Shown here: piece after piece, positions 57,921 to 64,000 of the stretch
Layout of the letters: every line of letters starts with the position of its first letter
Numbering within the stretch: position 1 is the stretch's first letter
From: a virus
Length of the DNA: 64,000 bases
IMG/VR virus record: IMGVR_UViG_3300029760_000001
Direction: 5' to 3' (one strand)
The notes under the pieces: model-generated
What the model was told of the DNA's origin: nothing
The model's database searches: none
The model's input: only the letters and a program-made list of their open reading frames with translations
Program-made: the position numbers and the translations under genes

Positions 57921-58853
57921 ATGCCAATTAAAATACAGAGCGATCTGCCAGTAAAAGAGATTCTGGAAAAAGAAAATATTTTCGTGATGGATGAGTCACG
58001 TGCATCCCATCAGGATATCCGCCCCATTCAGATCCTCATTCTGAACCTGATGCCTCTGAAAGAGGAGACAGAGCTTCAGCTTCTGCGTTCCCTTTCCAAC
58101 ACACCGCTGCAGGTAGATGTCACCTTTATGGCAGTACAGAGCCATGAAGCGAAGAATACATCTGTGAGTCATCTGAATAAATTTTATCAGACATTTCCGG
58201 AACTGAAAAATAACAAATATGATGGAATGATCATCACAGGTGCTCCTGTAGAGCAGATGGAATTCGAAGAGGTAGACTACTGGAAGGAACTGGTAGAAAT
58301 CATGGACTGGACAAACACCCATGTTACCTCCACCATTTATCTGTGCTGGGCTGCACAGGCAGGACTCTACCACCACTATGGACTGAAAAAGCGCAAACTT
58401 GATAAGAAGATGTTCGGTCTTTTCTGGCATAAAGTGATGAACCGTAAGATTCCGCTGGTACGCGGATTCGACGATATGTTCCTTGCACCTCATTCCAGAC
58501 ATACGGAAGTTCCCATCGAGGATATCCATAACTGTAAAGAGCTGACAGTGCTTGCTGAATCCGATGAAGCAGGGCTTTTCCTTGCAATGGCAGACGGCGG
58601 CCGCAAGATCTTTGTAATGGGACATCCGGAATATGATCGTGTGACTCTTGATGGTGAGTACAAACGTGATGTCAGCAAAAACCTGCCCATCGAAATCCCG
58701 GAGAATTATTACAAAGACAACAACCCGGAAAACAGACCGCTCCTTATGTGGAGAGCACATGCGAACAACCTGTATACAAACTGGCTGAATTACTATGTCT
58801 ACCAGTCAACTCCGTTCGACCTGTATGGAACACCGGATTTCAGCGAGATTTAA
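57921..58853 (+). CDS. metA: Homoserine O-acyltransferase (MetA/MetAA)
   Basis: MPIKIQSDLP...ILILNLMP..., catalytic Cys in IYLCWAAQ, 310 aa. Confidence 0.85.
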   Translation: MPIKIQSDLPVKEILEKENIFVMDESRASHQDIRPIQILILNLMPLKEETELQLLRSLSNTPLQVDVTFMAVQSHEAKNTSVSHLNKFYQTFPELKNNKYDGMIITGAPVEQMEFEEVDYWKELVEIMDWTNTHVTSTIYLCWAAQAGLYHHYGLKKRKLDKKMFGLFWHKVMNRKIPLVRGFDDMFLAPHSRHTEVPIEDIHNCKELTVLAESDEAGLFLAMADGGRKIFVMGHPEYDRVTLDGEYKRDVSKNLPIEIPENYYKDNNPENRPLLMWRAHANNLYTNWLNYYVYQSTPFDLYGTPDFSEI

Positions 58854-58911
58854 AAGGTTTGCGAGAAGTTCAATTTCACTATCTTACCGTATTTTTACGC
58901 ATCTTTATGAA

Positions 58912-58958
58912 AAATGGTGTCAAAATGGTGTCAAAACTGTGAGAAAATGGTGTCAAAA
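58912..58958. repeat. Three direct copies of AAAATGGTGTCAAAA(C) in the metA-Uma2 intergenic region
   Basis: Seen directly: ATGGTGTCAAAA at 58914, 58925 and 58947. Confidence 0.5.
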
Positions 58959-59072
58959 CTGAACAGTAACCGGATATCTATATTCGTTTTGTCAGAATCA
59001 AAAACAGGTTGCTGAACAGACATAACCTATATTATAATGTACATATAACCAAACTCACTTGGAGGTGATAAT

Positions 59073-59630
59073 ATGCCATTACTTGAAGAGGAATATAGAA
59101 AAGAAGAGAAGATTAATGGTGTAATCTATGATATGTCACCATCACCAAATTATCAGCATGGGCTTGTAGATGGTAATATTTATCGAATCATATCAACCGG
59201 TTTACAGGGAACACTGTGTTTAGCATTCATGGAGAATCTGGATTATAAATATCATGCACAGGAGAATAATGATTATGTGATACCAGATGTGATGATTATA
59301 TGTGATCGTAAGCATTTGAAAGGTGGTTCCTATACTGGTACACCCAGATTTATTGTGGAAACTCTTAGCCCGGCAACAGCATTAAGAGATATGACTGTGA
59401 AGAAAGAAATTTACCAGGCAGCAGGTGTAGAAGAGTATTGGATCATCTCACCGAAAGAAAGAGCAGTACAGATTTATTATCTTGAGGATGGTAAATATGA
59501 TTTGAAGTATAGCTATATCTTGCAGGATGATCCAGAAGAAGAACATTATAATGCAGATACAGTGGTGACACTGAAAGATTTTCCGAAAATCTCCATGACA
59601 TTGGCAGAGATGTTTGAGAATGTAGAATAA
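59073..59630 (+). CDS. Uma2-family (DUF820) putative restriction-endonuclease-like protein
   Basis: YEIIDGV...-like N-terminus and YWIISPKERAVQIY, the Uma2 signature. 185 aa. Confidence 0.6.
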   Translation: MPLLEEEYRKEEKINGVIYDMSPSPNYQHGLVDGNIYRIISTGLQGTLCLAFMENLDYKYHAQENNDYVIPDVMIICDRKHLKGGSYTGTPRFIVETLSPATALRDMTVKKEIYQAAGVEEYWIISPKERAVQIYYLEDGKYDLKYSYILQDDPEEEHYNADTVVTLKDFPKISMTLAEMFENVE

Positions 59631-59769
59631 TATGAGCAGCATGAAAGCCCTCGGGAGTTAATCCTGGGGGGCTTTTGGTATAGCCAAATCCGTTGAAGTA
59701 TGTTATTATATGCATCAGTTCTCAGAATCGGGAATATTCAGTTGAGATAAGAAAGGACACAACAATCAT

Positions 59770-60009
59770 ATGAACATAGGAAACAATATAGGAAATATCA
59801 TGAAGATCACAGGCGCATGGAACACCTTTAAGAGCAATCATCCCAAGTTCCCGGCATTCTGTCAGGCAGTTTCACGCAAAGGGCTTAAAGAAGGAAGCAT
59901 CATTGAAATTGCGATCACCACTCCTGAGGGAGAGAAGATTGAGACAAACCTGAAAGTAAAGGACAGTGACCTGGAATTACTGAAACAGTTGTCTGACCTG
60001 AAAATGTGA
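59770..60009 (+). CDS. hypothetical small protein
   Basis: 79 aa. Confidence 0.35.
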   Translation: MNIGNNIGNIMKITGAWNTFKSNHPKFPAFCQAVSRKGLKEGSIIEIAITTPEGEKIETNLKVKDSDLELLKQLSDLKM

Positions 60010-60140
60010 AAAAGTTTACAAAAATTTTATTTGAATAACAGGTATAAATCTGCTATAGTATTCTATGTTGGTTAAGTTGATTATTATTCGTTCCCATATA
60101 TAAGAATGATAGGTTCTCAAAAGAAAGAAGAGGAAGAAAA

Positions 60141-60731
60141 TTGCGTAAAAAATCACATATTTTATTAGCAAGATACCTTGCGGATCAGATGCAGACCACA
60201 GCAAGCCTGCAGTCTCACAGAAAGGCTTTCTGTCTGGGCAGCATTCTGCCGGATATCAAACCGTCCTTTATCACCAGAAGGCACGAGTTCTACGGAACAT
60301 TTGAAGATGTCAAGAACCGGATGAAAGAACTGGCAGATATCAGACCGGATGAGAGTAACCAGAGAGTTTACTGGCGGCGGTTCGGCGAAGTGATCCACTA
60401 TATGGCGGATTATTTTACCTTTCCTCATAACAAAACATATACAGGAAGCTTCAGCCAGCATAATCATTATGAGAAAGTACTTAAGAACAGACTGAAAGAA
60501 TGTATACAGCAGGGAGAAGCATATGCATATCTGGAACCGGCCATCCGCTTCGCTGATTTCTCCACCCTGATCGATTATATCGAAGCTACTCATGAGAAAT
60601 ACCTCAACAAGCTCCGCAGCGTGGAAGAGGATATCCGCTTTATCCTGAATATGTGTTTTCAGGTAGTGCAGGGACTGATACAGATCTGTATTGGTAATAA
60701 GAACTTTGCAGGAGCCATTCAGGCAGCCTGA
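60141..60731 (+). CDS. hypothetical protein, possibly zinc-dependent phospholipase C-like family
   Basis: HILLARYLADQ...CLGSILPDIKPSF...H pattern. The fully overlapping antisense ORF was judged spurious. Confidence 0.35.
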   Translation: MRKKSHILLARYLADQMQTTASLQSHRKAFCLGSILPDIKPSFITRRHEFYGTFEDVKNRMKELADIRPDESNQRVYWRRFGEVIHYMADYFTFPHNKTYTGSFSQHNHYEKVLKNRLKECIQQGEAYAYLEPAIRFADFSTLIDYIEATHEKYLNKLRSVEEDIRFILNMCFQVVQGLIQICIGNKNFAGAIQAA

Positions 60732-61048
60732 CAGAGATACGCTAAGAATACAGGAAGGCTGTGTGGAAATCATATCCGCACAGCCTTCCTGCATTCTGAA
60801 ACATATCTTCCTCACTGCTTGTTGCTTTTCGCAACTTCTGCAGGGGGACTTACTTGATTCGGTTAAAATGTGACAAAAAAATGAATTTTGGTCAAATCTG
60901 GAATTTACCTGCCCTGAGCTGTTGATTTCAAAAAATGATTATGCTAGAATAAAACAGGTTAATATTTCGGGATAATTCACTTATGAAATAACATAATAAT
61001 GTGAAAAGTAATTTAGACAGTATGCCCTTATAAACAGGGGGTAAGGAC

Positions 61049-62956
61049 ATGCTCACAGTAAGAAGGGAGCAATTTAGATATATGAAAAACAAGTATCTTA
61101 CCAGATTCTTATGTCTGACATTGATGTCAGGAATGGTATTATCCGGTCCTGCGTCCGTACTTGCAGCAGAGGATACTGCTGCGTATACAGCAGACGGTTC
61201 TGATTTCAGCGATTCCGGTGATTTTGATTCAGGATCAGAGGATCCGGCGCCGGCAGATCCGACTCCTGCAGAGCCAACACCTGCGCCGGTAGATCCGACA
61301 CCTGCAGACCCGACACCTGCACCGGTAGATCCGACACCAACACCTGCAGAGCCAACACCTGCACCGGCAGATCCGACTCCGACACCAACAGATCCTACTC
61401 CGACACCTGCGAATCCTACACCAACACCGTCTTCACAGATTACGAAGGCAGCCCAGGATGTGATCGACAGAATCAAAGAGTTGAACGCACAGACCATCAC
61501 GCTGGAGAAGAAAGCCACTGTTCAGAGCATCCGCACTGCATATAATGCCCTGTCTGATACAGAGAAGGCACAGGTTTCTAATTATAATCTGCTGGTTCAG
61601 GCAGAAGCGACTATTGCTCAGCTGGAAGCGCAGAAGAACAATGCGAATACGAATAATCCATTTACGAGTAATACCAGTGCTGCACAGACCGGAACTCCGG
61701 TATATTATGCGTCCAATATCCACGCAGGTAAGGATTTCTATCTGGACAGCCTGAAGAATAACTACAATCTGACCTTCTCAGATGATTTCGCTTCTGTTAT
61801 GGATGAGATCGAGAAGGAATATAAAGAGAAGAACAAAGTAGCAGATGCCAGCGATGTAAACGGCAGCAAGACCACCACATCTGCAGACAGTCTTCTGGTA
61901 AGAAACTGGCAGGATATCCTTGCAGTCTATGTATATCAGCAGAGCCAGGACGGAAAAACAGAATTTACCCTGGATTCTTCCTGCAAGAAAGACCTTGCGA
62001 AAATCTTTGCAGAGATGAACCCGATCGTAAGGGACAAGCAGGATATCACTCACGTTACATACGCTAATCGTAAAATCAACTACTATATTAAGAAAAATAA
62101 AATCGCAAAAAAGGATCGTACGATCCTTAAGAAATATGTGGAGACAGACTGCAAACTCCTCTGCGCGGTAGTAACAGCTGCCAACGGTTTTGTCCGCGAG
62201 AGTGTAGGGGATGATGTTTCCGAGGAAAGAGTAAATGTTATTTCCGCAGCCTATTCACTGGTTGGTAAAGTCGGTTACTTCTGGGGCGGCAAATCCACAG
62301 TGATCGGTGAAGATCCAGGCTGGGGAACCAGCGAGAAGGTATCAGCCGAGGGAAGCAAGAGCACCGGAACCATCCGCGCATACGGACTGGACTGCAGTGG
62401 TTTTGTCACCTGGGCAGTGATCAACGGATATCAGGATAAAGCAATGCAGGAAGCTGTAGGTGACGGAACTTCCGATCAGTGGGAGAAAGCAAACGTGGTA
62501 ACTGAGGCAGATGCACAGCCCGGAGATCTGGTGTTCCAGAAAGGACCGGAAGCAGGAAGCGATAATCATGTAGGTATTCTCTGCGGTAAAACAGACGCAG
62601 GTGACTGGATCGCAGTACACTGCTCCTCCGGCAAGAATGGAGTAACAGTAGGCGAAGCATACAGTGCAAGCTTCCGTTACATCCGCCAGCCATCCTTCTA
62701 CCCGACACAGGAACAGGTTCAGGAAATGCAGAGCAGCAGTACGGTAAGCACAACAACAGGTGATGCAGCAGCTTCCACAGGAACAGATATCTTTTCTGCA
62801 AATGTGACAGTAAGCAATACTCTGCAGGATGCGATGAAGTCAAATACTTCCGACTCAACAGGATTCACAACATTGGAATCCACTGAGAAGACTTCCATCC
62901 TTCCGGATAAGATTGATCTGTCAAAAGAGAAAGTCGCTGTATTTAAGGCAAAATAA
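61049..62956 (+). CDS. Secreted NlpC/P60-family cell-wall hydrolase with N-terminal Pro/Thr-rich tandem repeats
   Basis: Signal peptide; (DPTP[AT]P) repeats; C-terminal NlpC/P60 core GLDCSGFVTWAV...H(DNHVGIL). Confidence 0.7.
   Translation: MLTVRREQFRYMKNKYLTRFLCLTLMSGMVLSGPASVLAAEDTAAYTADGSDFSDSGDFDSGSEDPAPADPTPAEPTPAPVDPTPADPTPAPVDPTPTPAEPTPAPADPTPTPTDPTPTPANPTPTPSSQITKAAQDVIDRIKELNAQTITLEKKATVQSIRTAYNALSDTEKAQVSNYNLLVQAEATIAQLEAQKNNANTNNPFTSNTSAAQTGTPVYYASNIHAGKDFYLDSLKNNYNLTFSDDFASVMDEIEKEYKEKNKVADASDVNGSKTTTSADSLLVRNWQDILAVYVYQQSQDGKTEFTLDSSCKKDLAKIFAEMNPIVRDKQDITHVTYANRKINYYIKKNKIAKKDRTILKKYVETDCKLLCAVVTAANGFVRESVGDDVSEERVNVISAAYSLVGKVGYFWGGKSTVIGEDPGWGTSEKVSAEGSKSTGTIRAYGLDCSGFVTWAVINGYQDKAMQEAVGDGTSDQWEKANVVTEADAQPGDLVFQKGPEAGSDNHVGILCGKTDAGDWIAVHCSSGKNGVTVGEAYSASFRYIRQPSFYPTQEQVQEMQSSSTVSTTTGDAAASTGTDIFSANVTVSNTLQDAMKSNTSDSTGFTTLESTEKTSILPDKIDLSKEKVAVFKAK
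61246..61430 (+). repeat. Tandem ~21-27 bp repeats encoding PTPA(E/D)PTP units
   Basis: Repeated gatccgac(t/a)cctgca(g/c)c(g/c)g... units are seen directly. They encode a low-complexity linker in the NlpC/P60 protein. Confidence 0.6.
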
Positions 62957-63241
62957 AATGTATAAAAGAAGAGAAAGTCATACAAAAAAGTCTGGCTTTC
63001 CCTTCTTTTTTCGTGTATAAACTTTTTTATCTGTTAACTTAAACGGTTAAGTAAAACTGACGAATTTGCTTATTGGTCTGCGGAATATGCTTCAAAAACG
63101 AAAAAAATATTCAAAAATATGGAAACCCCTGGAGAGTACAAAAACCTGTGAGTAGATGGATATTTATATCATCAAAAGCATATTCGTTGAAGTAGGAATG
63201 GAACATAAAAGTTTATAATTTTTTATAAGTTTTCAGTAACG

Positions 63242-63454
63242 GTGTCATTAATCTATATGAAGGGATTTGAGAGAGATACGATCATGTATGAAAAAGGTCA
63301 GGAAGCTGAACGCAAAAATACAGAAAGGGAACGTCAGAGAGCGGATTTTGCTGAAAAAGAAAAAATAAAGGCCCCAAAAGAGACAACAGAAGCACTTAAA
63401 AGAGTAGCTGAACTGGAGAAGATTTTGCAATGTAAAACTACGGAGGGTAAATAA
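63242..63454 (+). CDS. hypothetical small charged protein
   Basis: 70 aa; may be non-coding. Confidence 0.25.
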   Translation: MSLIYMKGFERDTIMYEKGQEAERKNTERERQRADFAEKEKIKAPKETTEALKRVAELEKILQCKTTEGK

Positions 63455-63943
63455 GATTATCTTAAGATAGCCACAGACTGGCACCCATCCAGCCTGCGGC
63501 TTTTTCACCCACTATTTTTGAGTTGACTTTTTGGCACATTGCGCATATACTAACAGTAGCTAAGGAATGTGGTGAGATTCCTTGAAGCAAAACAAAAACC
63601 CTCAGAGTGCCAGCTCTGGGGGCTTTCTTGCTCGTTACGGTGAGCTATTCCGTTTAGACTGTTGCTGTCTATCGTCTGCTGTCCAGCCATTTGCATATGT
63701 AGTAGCTAACTACGCCTGCTATAACAGAGACAAGAAATGTGGTGAGAATTTCTTCCATGGAGTCCACCTCTTTTCTGCTGGAGGTTCGACAGCTTTTTGA
63801 GTATAACATGTTTTAGAACAAATTGGAATAGTAAAACCTGGCATGAGTTAACTGATAGAGGCAGTTAGGGGAGAACCCTCTGCCGGGACTGGTATTAATA
63901 CTGAACAGATCTGGCGGGGTCGCACCCCAATGTGGTCAACTTA

Positions 63944-63996
63944 AGCCCAGAATGCTGAAAATTCAACGATTCTGGGCTTATATTCTGGATTTTTTT
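63944..63996 (+). terminator. Intrinsic terminator (10-bp perfect stem AGCCCAGAAT/ATTCTGGGCT then T-run); an ATTCTGG duplicate suggests alternative pairing
   Basis: Seen directly, at the window end. Possibly the expression platform of a leader RNA. Confidence 0.5.
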
Positions 63997-64000
63997 ATAT

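Noticed and set aside
57996-58760. 254-aa minus-strand ORF inside metA, plus nested 58324-58690 ORFs
   Set aside because: They are antisense to a well-supported metA; no RBS or domain signal.
60165-60815. 216-aa ORF on the minus strand fully overlapping 60141-60731
   Set aside because: It is low-complexity and antisense to an ORF with a plausible His/Asp motif pattern. Only one of the two is likely real, and I favoured the + strand ORF at low confidence.
61246-61430. Possible CRISPR array
   Set aside because: The repeats are coding (Pro/Thr linker), contiguous without spacers, and no cas genes are present. No CRISPR array was found anywhere in the window.
60928-61518. 196-aa minus-strand ORF rich in GVGVGSAG repeats
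   Set aside because: It is the antisense reading of the Pro/Thr tandem repeats of the NlpC/P60 gene, a typical repeat artefact.
63582-63800. 72-aa ORF in the terminal non-coding region
   Set aside because: It overlaps hairpins and a terminator-like structure, has a Cys/Ala-rich odd composition and no RBS.

Overview
Positions 1 to about 52.3 kb are the AT-rich (~33% GC) right-hand part of a large temperate phage or prophage of a Firmicutes/Clostridia-type host; the element continues beyond the left edge of the window. Genes are almost all on the + strand. The element ends with an HTH excisionase (Xis), a tyrosine integrase on the - strand, CC(C)TTAT arm-type repeats and a host tRNA-Arg(CCG) at 52531. 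Beyond that the GC content rises and ordinary host genes follow: SH3b membrane protein, cell-wall-binding polysaccharide deacetylase, rluF-like pseudouridine synthase, host NAD-dependent ligA, metA, Uma2 endonuclease and an NlpC/P60 hydrolase with Pro/Thr repeats. The phage part carries four blocks. First, a replication module: AAA_24/Sak4-like ATPase, DnaB-like helicase, primase, PD-(D/E)xK exonuclease, DnaE-type Pol III alpha, RecD-like helicase, HD hydrolase, and a phage NAD-dependent ligase split in two by a free-standing HNH gene. Second, a nucleotide-metabolism block: class II RNR, dNMP kinase-like protein, dUTPase and a possible ThyX-like protein. Third, a cluster of at least four tRNA or tRNA-like genes driven by near-consensus sigma-A promoters, next to an Rnl-type RNA ligase. 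Fourth, the most striking feature: a long accessory island (about 36.6 to 47.7 kb) devoted to NAD+ and ADP-ribose chemistry. It holds nicotinamidase PncA, a short PurA/PurZ-like adenylosuccinate-synthetase homolog, a Prs-like PRPP-synthetase-family enzyme adjacent to a NAMPT/NadV-like enzyme, a HAD nucleotidase, Tpt1/KptA, a macrodomain, a NADAR/YbiA domain, NadE and an NMNAT. This looks like a composite NAD+-reconstitution plus ADP-ribosylation-reversal counter-defence system. Other oddities: a phage-borne SsuABC-like ABC transporter cassette whose substrate-binding protein is fused to an OmpA-like domain; an HPr/Crh-like protein lacking His15; a 14-16 bp AT-rich motif repeated about a dozen times immediately upstream of ribosome-binding sites; and a Leu/Ser-type long-variable-arm tRNA with anticodon UUG.
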